DNA of 64,000 nt, taken from the NCBI GenBank assembly GCA_022842645.1, contig JALHPE010000001.1, forward strand, positions 264,178-328,177. The letters run 5' to 3'. Origin of the DNA: Minisyncoccota bacterium. GTDB taxonomy: Bacteria > Patescibacteriota > Minisyncoccia > Phycocordibacterales > UBA2100. A program made the translations under genes and the position numbers. The first letter of the stretch is position 1. Every line of letters begins with the position of its first letter. Under the pieces are notes generated by a model, which was given only the letters and a program-made list of their open reading frames with translations, did no database searches and was not told the DNA's origin. This document shows, piece by piece, positions 9,272 to 17,707 of the stretch.

Positions 9272-10000
9272 TTACTCTTCAGCATCTCCCCCAATTTCAT
9301 CTTCGTCCCAGTATTCATGGGCTTCTGCATATGTGGGAACATACTGCCACGCGAGCATATTAAGGTAGGGGTCTGGACATCCTTGTTCAAGGTGCAGCCA
9401 ACGATTGAGACGCCAGAGCATCTCGGCCGCTACACGATCGGAATTCTCGGGCATCGGAAACTCCGTTTTGCATCCTCCGTGTAAGTTTTCGGGGTCAGGA
9501 TGGTTATGGATCGGAGACTCAATGTCTGGCTCCTCGTAACATTCCAGGTGCCACGGATTGGCCGGATTGAATCCGAAAGCTTTGCCGCCATCCATGCCTA
9601 CCCTGCCATCTGCACAAAACGAAACCTTGCCACTTTGTTTGATGGATGGCAACACATCGTGATAACGAGATTTGTTTGAGTCCACTGCCATGAGCACAAT
9701 GCCACGCAGGAGAGTGTCTTTAGTTACCCTCTCGGCATGAGTGACAATGGTCGTATCGGATGCTGGATAGATGGTGCGCGCAATGCGCGCCAGACCCTCC
9801 ACTTTCAATGTGCCGACATCTGCATCGAAATACGGCTGGTTAAAGAGATTTCTTTCTTCTAGCACATCGGCATCCCACACATGGAGATTGGGTACGCGTT
9901 TGCGAAACAAATTTAAGAAAAGCTTCGCCCCCAGCGTCCCAGCCCCCACAACGTGTACTGGTCGTTCTTTCAAAAAACTGACATTGAAGAGAGTTTCCAC
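9272..10000 (-). CDS. E1-like enzyme, ThiF/MoeB/HesA superfamily
   Basis: Rossmann motif VHVVGAGTLGAKL, then NLHVWDADVLEERNLFNQ and ILMAVDSNKSR. GTG start with AAGGAGA SD 6 nt upstream. No CxxC zinc motifs. Confidence 0.8.
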   Translation of the reverse strand: METLFNVSFLKERPVHVVGAGTLGAKLFLNLFRKRVPNLHVWDADVLEERNLFNQPYFDADVGTLKVEGLARIARTIYPASDTTIVTHAERVTKDTLLRGIVLMAVDSNKSRYHDVLPSIKQSGKVSFCADGRVGMDGGKAFGFNPANPWHLECYEEPDIESPIHNHPDPENLHGGCKTEFPMPENSDRVAAEMLWRLNRWLHLEQGCPDPYLNMLAWQYVPTYAEAHEYWDEDEIGGDAEE

Positions 10001-10093
10001 GATGGTTCTCCTTGTATGCTTTGTTCACTCTGAGCACACCCTAACGCAAGTTGCGGAAAAAGAACAGGCGCATCTTCCGATGCGCCTGTATTT

Positions 10094-10789
10094 TTATCTC
10101 CCAAAGGTCTGAATGTACCATTCAGGCACATCATCAGGAGACACCTGTGGCCACAAGCGCAAATTATCGTGTTGACCACTACACTCCGCATAGCGAACGG
10201 CAATTTCTACTAGCTGCACATGATCATGTCGTTTGAAAGCATCGATAAGCGGTGGTCCCGCATTCCCTATGCAGCCGACAGCCCCTGATAACTGAACACC
10301 GGCGGGTGCTTGCATGTCTTTTACAGCACCTTCCAGATTGATCCAGTGCATCTGATTTCGATCACCCGAGAGCAATATACTGATGAGGAAAGGGCCGACG
10401 CGATGCCACTGAGAGTCAGTGCTCTTACCAAACAGCGGATGTGTCAGTATAACAAGACTCTTACCCCGAAACTGTATACTTTCTACTTGCGGCACATTGT
10501 GGATACGATGCCATTGATCTTTATACATCTCCCGCGCTAATGCCTGAGATGCATCTTCGGCTTCGACCCGATTGAGCAAACCGTGCAAACGTGTTAGCTC
10601 TGTCTTATTTCTCCCAATGCGTTTGCGAATTTTTTTCGTCGACGAATGCCCTAGATCTCCTTTAATGCGGATTTCTATATTCTGAATGTGAGTGCGCAAA
10701 AGATTTGCTTCCTTGAGAAGTTGGTCCTGGGACTTCCCCAAATAACACATACAGAACTCAACATACTCACGTTCACAGATTGGATGCAT
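10094..10789 (-). CDS. hypothetical protein (231 aa), partner of E1-like gene
   Basis: GAGGAG SD 9 nt upstream. Charged/helical N-terminal half. C-terminal half contains HDH(x13)SGQHD, which is not a canonical JAMM motif. No confident domain call. Confidence 0.55.
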   Translation of the reverse strand: MHPICEREYVEFCMCYLGKSQDQLLKEANLLRTHIQNIEIRIKGDLGHSSTKKIRKRIGRNKTELTRLHGLLNRVEAEDASQALAREMYKDQWHRIHNVPQVESIQFRGKSLVILTHPLFGKSTDSQWHRVGPFLISILLSGDRNQMHWINLEGAVKDMQAPAGVQLSGAVGCIGNAGPPLIDAFKRHDHVQLVEIAVRYAECSGQHDNLRLWPQVSPDDVPEWYIQTFGR

Positions 10790-10851
10790 CTGGTATTCTC
10801 CTCTCTTGCCTTTGGTGTGTATACCGTGTCTTTACGAAACGGTCAACACTA

Positions 10852-11154
10852 TTACTCCTTCGGCTTATCGAGCTTGTCGAAGCCGAGACCTTTCACAATA
10901 AAGTAGACCACTGCCGCGATGATGAGGAAATCGATCAAGACCGTAATGAAATCACCCAGAAGAATGGGGCCGAGTGTCATGCCCTTCAAGCCATCGGTCG
11001 AACCGAGAGCGAGACCAATAATGGGGTTTACGATATCGTTCACCAAAGCCGAGACCACTTTCGAAACCGCGCCGCCGAGAATAAAACCGACTGCAAGCCC
11101 AACAACTCCCTGTGTGCGAATAAAATCTATGAAACCTGCAAGCTGTGTATTCAT
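10852..11154 (-). CDS. mscL: large-conductance mechanosensitive channel
   Basis: Full-length MscL similarity (FIDFIRTQGVVGLAVGFILG, two TM helices). Confidence 0.9.
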   Translation of the reverse strand: MNTQLAGFIDFIRTQGVVGLAVGFILGGAVSKVVSALVNDIVNPIIGLALGSTDGLKGMTLGPILLGDFITVLIDFLIIAAVVYFIVKGLGFDKLDKPKE

Positions 11155-11188
11155 GCCGCCATCCTAGCATCCGCGCAAGGGCACGCAA

Positions 11189-11593
11189 CTAGGCGTTGTC
11201 GATAGCATTATTTACCAATGTATCAGCCTCTTTATTCTCTTCACGTGGGATATGAGTGAAGGTGACTTTCCCAAAATCCTTCAGAAGTCCTTGCACCTTC
11301 TCCACCTGCAACTTCAGTGCAGGTTCTTTTATCTTCCAATTCCCTTTAATCTGCTCCACCACGAGTTGGGAGTCGAGTTTGAATTGAATGTCACGATCGC
11401 GTAGCCCCATTTCCAAAAGTTTCCCGAGCGCAATTACGACCGCCTCATATTCTGCCCAATTGTTTGTTTGTTTCTCCCCTAAAAAATGAGCCATCTCGAC
11501 TTTCTTTTCCCCATCTTCGTAGATAACAACTCCGGCACCAGCTGGTCCCGGGTTGTTTCTCGCACCGCCGTCAGTGAAGACAACAATGCTCAT
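11189..11593 (-). CDS. rnhA: ribonuclease HI
   Basis: VFTDGGARNNPGPAGAGVV and NNWAEYEAVVIAL motifs. Catalytic DEDD pattern. Confidence 0.9.
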   Translation of the reverse strand: MSIVVFTDGGARNNPGPAGAGVVIYEDGEKKVEMAHFLGEKQTNNWAEYEAVVIALGKLLEMGLRDRDIQFKLDSQLVVEQIKGNWKIKEPALKLQVEKVQGLLKDFGKVTFTHIPREENKEADTLVNNAIDNA

Positions 11594-12213
11594 TATGCAT
11601 TCGCCGGAGCGTCAGAATGAGGAGTAGTGGAGAGTGCGCGGTATGTGTGTGCGATCGCAAGAAGAGAAACCGGAACAGAGATGAGAAGTCCGATACCAAG
11701 CGCGAGGACACCAAGAATATTGATACCGATGAGAGCAAGCATGAGCATGAAAAGCGCCCACTTGTGCCCTTTTGTGATGCGCGCGCTTTCTTTTAGCGCC
11801 TCAATAGGGCCCTTGCCCGTATCCACAACAAGATAGGTTGCAAAGAGGAATGTTAAGGCGACGATAATGCCTGGCACAATAAGGAGTACTAGGCCGATGA
11901 GAACCGCAATCGTGGTCATAATCTTTACCGCAAGATACGGAAGAAACGCCTTTGGATACCACAAATCGGCAATCTTAACCTGAGTCACATCATCATGTGC
12001 CTTAAGAATGAACGCAATAAGACCAAGTTCTATCAAAACATTTATCACAAGTGCCGCGAGCACGAGAATTATTGACCCATCTTCCCCAGGAAGTGCGTTC
12101 ACAATACTCGAAAGAATAAGAACGAGAAGAATGCTGCCCACCAGAAACAAGGGGCGCTTCAGAAACGTCTCCCACGCTGCTTTGATAGTCGGCACAACCA
12201 TGATGGTTTGCAT
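11593..12213 (-). CDS. hypothetical membrane protein
   Basis: Multiple TM helices. Start trimmed to internal Met (MQTIMVV); the upstream ORF extension is low-complexity. Confidence 0.5.
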   Translation of the reverse strand: MQTIMVVPTIKAAWETFLKRPLFLVGSILLVLILSSIVNALPGEDGSIILVLAALVINVLIELGLIAFILKAHDDVTQVKIADLWYPKAFLPYLAVKIMTTIAVLIGLVLLIVPGIIVALTFLFATYLVVDTGKGPIEALKESARITKGHKWALFMLMLALIGINILGVLALGIGLLISVPVSLLAIAHTYRALSTTPHSDAPANA

Positions 12214-12244
12214 GCAGGAAGTATACCAAAACCCACTATCCGAG

Positions 12245-13921
12245 CTACCGCGGGGTGAGGATATCCTGCAAACGAAGCGCAAGCGCCCCCTGCCCGCGAA
12301 ACACATCCCGTTCAATGGTTGCAAGTATGTCTGCAGAGAGACCCGGCGAAGGGAGGAGTGAAAAATCGGTTGGTGTCTTGAAAAACTGAAATGCGCGGCG
12401 CGAAACTCCCGACTGTGTGCATACAAGAGTCACTTCAGTATGGTTCATGTCCTTACCAAACTGTCTCGCAAAGGTGATGCGGGTTTCGCGCACTCGAAAC
12501 ACCGGCTTCGGATTCCCTATGCCAAATGGCGCAAGACGCTCGAGCTCGCGCAGAAAATCTGGCGACACTTCTCTCAGAAGAATGTCAATATAATCGCTTT
12601 CGTTTGGCGCATTCGTGCGGGCCTCAGATGCACACGACGTGGCTGCTTCGGCGAGCATTTCAGGAAGCGTATGTATGCTTTCTCGAGAAACGGAAAAACC
12701 GCCGGACGCATGGTGGCCCCCAAACTCAATCAGATGCTCTTTGGCATTCGTAAATACTTCAACCACCGAGTGTGCGCCATCCGAACGACACGAACCTTTC
12801 AAGCGGCCGAGAGCATCCTCTCCCCACACGCACACCATCCCACCGCGCTCTTCCATAACAGCGTTTGCAACGAGACCGCACAGACTCGGTTTCCACGTCG
12901 TATCGCCAAGTACGGTTACTAATTCCCCGCCCTGGTAACGCGCACGAGCGCGTGCCTTTGCCTCGCGCGTCATCGCCGCAACGGTGCCGCGACGCTTACG
13001 ATTGAGTGACTCCAGCTCTCGCGCAAGTTTCTCTGCCTCTTCGTCGCTCTCTGTGGTGAGAAGACGAAATGCGAGCTCGGGCACATCCATACGCGAGGCA
13101 GCATTGATGCGCGGCGCGATGGTAAAACCAATGTCACCCTCCGTCATCTCGGAAAGGCGCACTCGCGCGCTCGTCGCGAGTGCACGAAGCCCAGGTCGTC
13201 GTGATTTGCGGAGCACGGTCAGCCCGAAGTGTACGAGCGCACGATTCTCCCCCACAAGCGGAACAAGATCTGCCACCGTTGCAATCGCAACCAAATCCAA
13301 GAGCCATTTCTCCCACCCCTCCGGCACTGCCGCAAAAGAGGCTTCGCCTCTTGTGCGGCCTTCGATGAGTAGCGCTGATGCCAATTTCCACGCAACTCCG
13401 GCACCGCAGAGATCGCGAAACGGATAATCGCCGCGTTTTGGATTAATCACAATGGCATCAGGGAGCGTTTCTTTGAGTTCGTGGTGGTCCGTCACAATTA
13501 CATCAATTCCGAGACTGCGCGCATGCGCGACACCATCAAACGCCACCGTTCCCACATCAACCGTGATAATAAGAGAAACACCCTTCTCTTTGAGAGAATC
13601 GATTGCTTCCGCGTGAAAACCGTATCCCTCCCTGTCGCGGTGCGGAATGTAGACCTCAGCATTCTCGTAGCCAATCTTTTTAAACGTCTCAAATAACACA
13701 GCGGAGCCAGGAATGCCATCGCAGTCAAAATCGCCATACACAGCAATCTTCTCGTTCGCGTGCATGGCTGCAAACACCCGCGCAACCGCCACGTCCATAT
13801 CGGTAAGCAAAAAAGGATCGTGCGTATCCCGCGCAAAATCCGGCTTCAAAAAACGTTCCTGTTCTGCTGGATCCGTAATACCACGTTTATGAAGAAGCAT
13901 CTCAACCAGATCCGAAGTCAT
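12245..13921 (-). CDS. recJ: single-stranded-DNA-specific exonuclease RecJ
   Basis: DHH (VYGDFDCDGIPG, DHH) and DHHA1 domains, full length. Confidence 0.9.
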   Translation of the reverse strand: MTSDLVEMLLHKRGITDPAEQERFLKPDFARDTHDPFLLTDMDVAVARVFAAMHANEKIAVYGDFDCDGIPGSAVLFETFKKIGYENAEVYIPHRDREGYGFHAEAIDSLKEKGVSLIITVDVGTVAFDGVAHARSLGIDVIVTDHHELKETLPDAIVINPKRGDYPFRDLCGAGVAWKLASALLIEGRTRGEASFAAVPEGWEKWLLDLVAIATVADLVPLVGENRALVHFGLTVLRKSRRPGLRALATSARVRLSEMTEGDIGFTIAPRINAASRMDVPELAFRLLTTESDEEAEKLARELESLNRKRRGTVAAMTREAKARARARYQGGELVTVLGDTTWKPSLCGLVANAVMEERGGMVCVWGEDALGRLKGSCRSDGAHSVVEVFTNAKEHLIEFGGHHASGGFSVSRESIHTLPEMLAEAATSCASEARTNAPNESDYIDILLREVSPDFLRELERLAPFGIGNPKPVFRVRETRITFARQFGKDMNHTEVTLVCTQSGVSRRAFQFFKTPTDFSLLPSPGLSADILATIERDVFRGQGALALRLQDILTPR

Positions 13922-13986
13922 CAGACGATTCTACCATTTTTCGTATTTTCTCTTTGGGAGCATCTGCATTTTGCTATACTCTACAC

Positions 13987-14397
13987 ATGCCGGAGTGCAT
14001 TTTTTGCAAAATCGTTGCGGGCACAATTCCTGCCGAGCGAGTGTATGAAGACGAAAAAACACTTGCCTTTCTTGATATCACCCCGGTAAATCCTGGGCAC
14101 ACATTGGTCATCCCTAAGAAACACGCCGCGGATGTGTTTGAAATTGAAGAAGACGAGTGGAAAGCAGTGATGCATGCAGCGCGTACGGTGGCACACATGC
14201 TTGAAAAATCCCTCGGCGCGCATGGCGTGAACGTTACTACCAACAACCGCCCCGCAGCAGGGCAAATCGTTTTTCATTCACACGTGCACGTCATCCCCCG
14301 TTTCGATGGCGACGGTTTTCAGAATTGGAAAGGAACGCCTTATGTACAAGGCGAAGCACAAAAGATGGCAGAAAAAATCAGAAACGCCAATGCCTAA
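13987..14397 (+). CDS. HIT family hydrolase
   Basis: CIFCKI and HxHxHxx (HSHVHVIP) histidine-triad motifs. Start placed at MPECIFCKIV. Confidence 0.85.
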   Translation: MPECIFCKIVAGTIPAERVYEDEKTLAFLDITPVNPGHTLVIPKKHAADVFEIEEDEWKAVMHAARTVAHMLEKSLGAHGVNVTTNNRPAAGQIVFHSHVHVIPRFDGDGFQNWKGTPYVQGEAQKMAEKIRNANA

Positions 14398-16037
14398 AAC
14401 CACGAATCAAGTTGCACCAGTGCGTCTTTCAAGATCGCCTCGAGCGCGGAAAGCGCTGTGGCGAGCTGTGAATCAGAAGGAGCGAGAGATGTAGGAGGAT
14501 TTACGCTACATGCACCGTATTGAAATGTTGCGGTGCCTGAGAGCTTTCCATTGGTGCACGCGCGCGTTTGTGCCTTACTGCTGCATGTCGTACCAAAGGC
14601 GACTGTGCGCTCACTATAGAATGTTGCTGAATTTCCGTGCGCGACGGTTACGCCATCAAGTGCACAGGATGCAGTATCGGTACATGACGAACGATTGAAT
14701 GTTGCAGTTCCTGAGAATGTGCCGTTTGTGCACGTACGAGCCTGGCGAATTGAAGCGCATGATGCACCCGCAGGTGCAGCTGAAGCTGAATAGAACATTG
14801 CGGAAGCGCCTGGCGCAACAACAATGTTGTCGAGCGCGCACGAACCACCTGCAACCGGCGCACACGTACGATACATATATGACGCATTTCCTGAGAGCAC
14901 TCCTGAAGAACACGAGCGTGTTTGCGCATATGATGCACACTGCTCGGTCGCAGGGACATTCTGAGCAAGATAGAAGGTTGTTGAAGAACCACTTGGAACC
15001 GTCACGCCATCAAGCATACAACCTCCTATACTGCATGATGGCTTGTTGAAATCGCTTGAACCTGAGAGAACCCCGTCGTCACATGTGCGTGTTTGCGCAT
15101 ATGATGCACACGAATTGGTGCTCGTGGCGGCATCGTATCTATAGAAAGTGCGCGACTGCCCATGAGGAACTGTCACACCACCTGCCGAGCATGAATCTGA
15201 AATATCCACCTTGCACGACAAATATCTAAACTCGTTTGATCCAGAAAGAACACCATTCGAGCACGAGCGCGTTTGCGCAAACTGCGAACAGCTCTCTCCC
15301 GAGGTCGTTACTCTGCGCTTTGAGAAAAAGGTAAACGATGTCCCATGCGCCACCCGCTCCCCCTCTGCAACACACGAGGCGGCCTCGCTCTCAACGCACG
15401 AACGATATTGAAAGGCAGCATTCCCTGAGAATGAACCGTTCACACACTGACGCACAGCAGAAAATGCGGCACATGTTGAATTAAGAGGAGCCTGTGTTGT
15501 TGAATAAAACGTCTGAGTCGCACCGGAAGCGACTGTGACGCCCCCAAGCGTACAAGTGAGACTTGGATTTATTTGTGGTGCGCTTGTGCGAGAACATAGT
15601 GCGAGGATGGTCGCGCGTGTCGCCGGCCCCACTGCGCCGTATCCATTTGAATCGGGAGAACCGCCATTTACAATCCCGTGCTTAGCCTGGAACCGTTGTA
15701 TTGCCATCTGAGTCAAAGGGCCAAAGAATCCTGTCACGCTTCCGTCTTGGTAAATCGCTTTATCTAATGCAAGAAACGCTTGGAGTGCAGAAACATCTGG
15801 CCCCGACATCCCCTGACGCAGCGTGCGGGACAGAGATGGACACTGCGATGCCGAACTGGGCGCCGTACTTACTGGTGCCAACGGCGCTCCTCCCCCGCCT
15901 CCCTGAAGCTGTGCTTGAAGTGCGGCAAGCTGGGCTAGGAGAGCATTCAATTCTGCCTGTAAATTTGGAGTGCTTTGTGCGTACGCTACCGGAGTCATTA
16001 AGAAAAACGCAACAAACACAGCAATCCATGTATGCAT
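14394..16037 (-). CDS. secreted protein: signal peptide, coiled coil, peptidoglycan-binding (PG_binding_1-like) domain, 8 tandem about-55-aa Cys-containing repeats
   Basis: Signal peptide MHTWIAVFVAFFLMTPVAYAQ. PGBD-like segment LSRTLRQGMSGPDVSALQAFL...GFFGPLTQMAIQRFQAKHGI. Repeats share C..GGVTV.HG.S.TFY...C..AQTR.C..G.LSG..F.Y..C. Confidence 0.7.
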   Translation of the reverse strand: MHTWIAVFVAFFLMTPVAYAQSTPNLQAELNALLAQLAALQAQLQGGGGGAPLAPVSTAPSSASQCPSLSRTLRQGMSGPDVSALQAFLALDKAIYQDGSVTGFFGPLTQMAIQRFQAKHGIVNGGSPDSNGYGAVGPATRATILALCSRTSAPQINPSLTCTLGGVTVASGATQTFYSTTQAPLNSTCAAFSAVRQCVNGSFSGNAAFQYRSCVESEAASCVAEGERVAHGTSFTFFSKRRVTTSGESCSQFAQTRSCSNGVLSGSNEFRYLSCKVDISDSCSAGGVTVPHGQSRTFYRYDAATSTNSCASYAQTRTCDDGVLSGSSDFNKPSCSIGGCMLDGVTVPSGSSTTFYLAQNVPATEQCASYAQTRSCSSGVLSGNASYMYRTCAPVAGGSCALDNIVVAPGASAMFYSASAAPAGASCASIRQARTCTNGTFSGTATFNRSSCTDTASCALDGVTVAHGNSATFYSERTVAFGTTCSSKAQTRACTNGKLSGTATFQYGACSVNPPTSLAPSDSQLATALSALEAILKDALVQLDSWF

Positions 16038-16113
16038 CTGAAAAGTATAGCAAGAGGGCGAGTCTAGAAACCCGCCCTCCTGTGTATTACTTGGTATTAC
16101 TCGAAGCTCGTCT

Positions 16114-17688
16114 TTATCGTCCGCACGCCCCCGCATAGAGATACTCGGCTCCTGCGGCATTAAGCAGACACTTATTTGAATATGTTTTGGGATCATGGAG
16201 TTTGCATTCAAGCGTGCAATACATTCCTTCCCGGCATGTATTCGCGCATCCTGCCGGACGACCACAGACGGGGTCATACTGCGCAGTGCACGCCACTGGA
16301 TCGCTTGAAACTTTGACGGTGATAGAAACCTTTGCCTCCTTTCCATCAAGATCGCGCGCAACAACGCTCACCACATAGGTTCCCGGCGTGCTGTACGAAT
16401 GCGTAAAGGAGCTCGTTTGAGTAAAGACGGGAAGACTGGTAGAGATACCCGAGGCGTACTGTAGCTCATCCCCCCATGACACGTAGTAACTCAATTGCTG
16501 CCCCTCTGGGTCTGAGGCTTTTACCGTCCATGTTCCAGTTTCGTCTACGCGCAAGGTCGTTGGCCCTGAAAATCCTGAGATAGAAGGCGCTTTGCTGTTG
16601 TCGCCAAAATATCCGGTGCAGTACGGCTTCTGCATTGCTTCTGGCATACATGCCTTAAGCGTACACATTGCAGGGCCGTTCGGCTCAGAGCGCGAACATG
16701 AATTACATCCATCAAACCATTGCTTGCATCGCAAGTCTGTTGAGGGGTCGGTGTTTGTATCTCGACACGAACCCTCGTACAGCACTGTCGCGCCCTCGGC
16801 TCCAGCCACGCAGCGGTTGCTGTAGGTTTGCTGAATTGGATTACACGGAGTGGTGACACATACAATTGGCTTTGAGGCGCAGACTGGTTTGTATTCTTTC
16901 GTGCACGCTACTGGCCCAACAACAACCTGAATCTTACCGACCACTTCGTTCTGCACCGCTGCTAGGCAGCGCGGTGTGAGTGGATTTCCATCGTCGGGGC
17001 ATGGATCGGTAACCTTATTCAAGGTTGCTGTGTACGTGCCATTCCTGGTGTAGACATGCGTGTTTTGTCCGGGAGCGGTGCACGCATCTGCTGGTGCCAA
17101 ACAATCGGCTGCACGAGCACTCGAGCCGTCACCAAAGTCGATGGTATACGAAACGCCTGGTGCACGAAAACCGGAAAGCCACGTTTCAAAGGTGACCATG
17201 AGCGGCGCTTCGCCGCGCTCCGGGACTGCACTAAAACGCTCAGACGAATGGCCCCAACCCCCTCCGCACCACCCTCTAATGCGATCACGCGTCTTGGGGC
17301 CAATCACACCAATCGCATCAATTCCCTGTGCGGCCTGCCATTTGCGTACCGCTTCGCTCGTGAGCGCACCAAAATAGCCGCTCGCCTCTGCACTTAAATA
17401 GCCTTCTTGTTTCAAAAACTCTTGGAGTCCTTTTACATCCTCTCCACGAAAGCCGGGCAAAAGATTGCGCTCGAGAAGTGTGCACACACTATGCTTCCCC
17501 CCGGCAGGGAACGAAGCGACTTCAGGAATAGCTACTTGTGCCTGGAGGGATTTAATCTGTGCAGTGAGTCCAGAAATCTGCGCGAGAAGTGCTTGTATTT
17601 TTTCCTGCACCTCACTCGTCGAGAGCGCAGATGTTAAGACCGGCACGCATAGTACTACCATTAAAAGCCCGAGCGTCATTTTTTTCAT
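16114..17688 (-). CDS. secreted protein: signal peptide, coiled coil, PG-binding-like domain, two PKD-like domains and two Kazal-like Cys modules
   Basis: PGBD-like segment (GEDVKGLQEFLKQEGYL...GYFGALTSEAVRKWQAAQGI). PKD-like segments (DFGDGS...THVYTRNGTYTATL; WGDE...HSYSTPGTYVVSV). Kazal-like C..EYKPVC...TYSNRC...C and C.AQYDPVCG...KTYSNKC...AC. Confidence 0.7.
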   Translation of the reverse strand: MKKMTLGLLMVVLCVPVLTSALSTSEVQEKIQALLAQISGLTAQIKSLQAQVAIPEVASFPAGGKHSVCTLLERNLLPGFRGEDVKGLQEFLKQEGYLSAEASGYFGALTSEAVRKWQAAQGIDAIGVIGPKTRDRIRGWCGGGWGHSSERFSAVPERGEAPLMVTFETWLSGFRAPGVSYTIDFGDGSSARAADCLAPADACTAPGQNTHVYTRNGTYTATLNKVTDPCPDDGNPLTPRCLAAVQNEVVGKIQVVVGPVACTKEYKPVCASKPIVCVTTPCNPIQQTYSNRCVAGAEGATVLYEGSCRDTNTDPSTDLRCKQWFDGCNSCSRSEPNGPAMCTLKACMPEAMQKPYCTGYFGDNSKAPSISGFSGPTTLRVDETGTWTVKASDPEGQQLSYYVSWGDELQYASGISTSLPVFTQTSSFTHSYSTPGTYVVSVVARDLDGKEAKVSITVKVSSDPVACTAQYDPVCGRPAGCANTCREGMYCTLECKLHDPKTYSNKCLLNAAGAEYLYAGACGR

Positions 17689-17707
17689 ACTCTTTTTATA
17701 CATACTA

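Noticed and set aside
10094-10789. JAMM/MPN deubiquitinase assignment for the 231-aa protein, from HDH...S...D
   Set aside because: Spacing is HxH-x13-S-x3-D rather than HxH-x7-S-x2-D and no upstream catalytic Glu context was recognisable. Left as hypothetical.
12440-13427. Plus-strand ORFs (160, 107, 147 aa) inside recJ, and similar antisense ORFs inside the PG-binding protein genes (14648-15049, 15701-16138, 16545-17397)
   Set aside because: They are antisense to well-supported genes, with biased low-complexity translations typical of GC-rich antisense frames.
14394-16037. Diversity-generating retroelement target, given the repeated Cys modules
   Set aside because: No reverse transcriptase (no YxDD-containing ORF), template repeat or accessory gene anywhere in the window.
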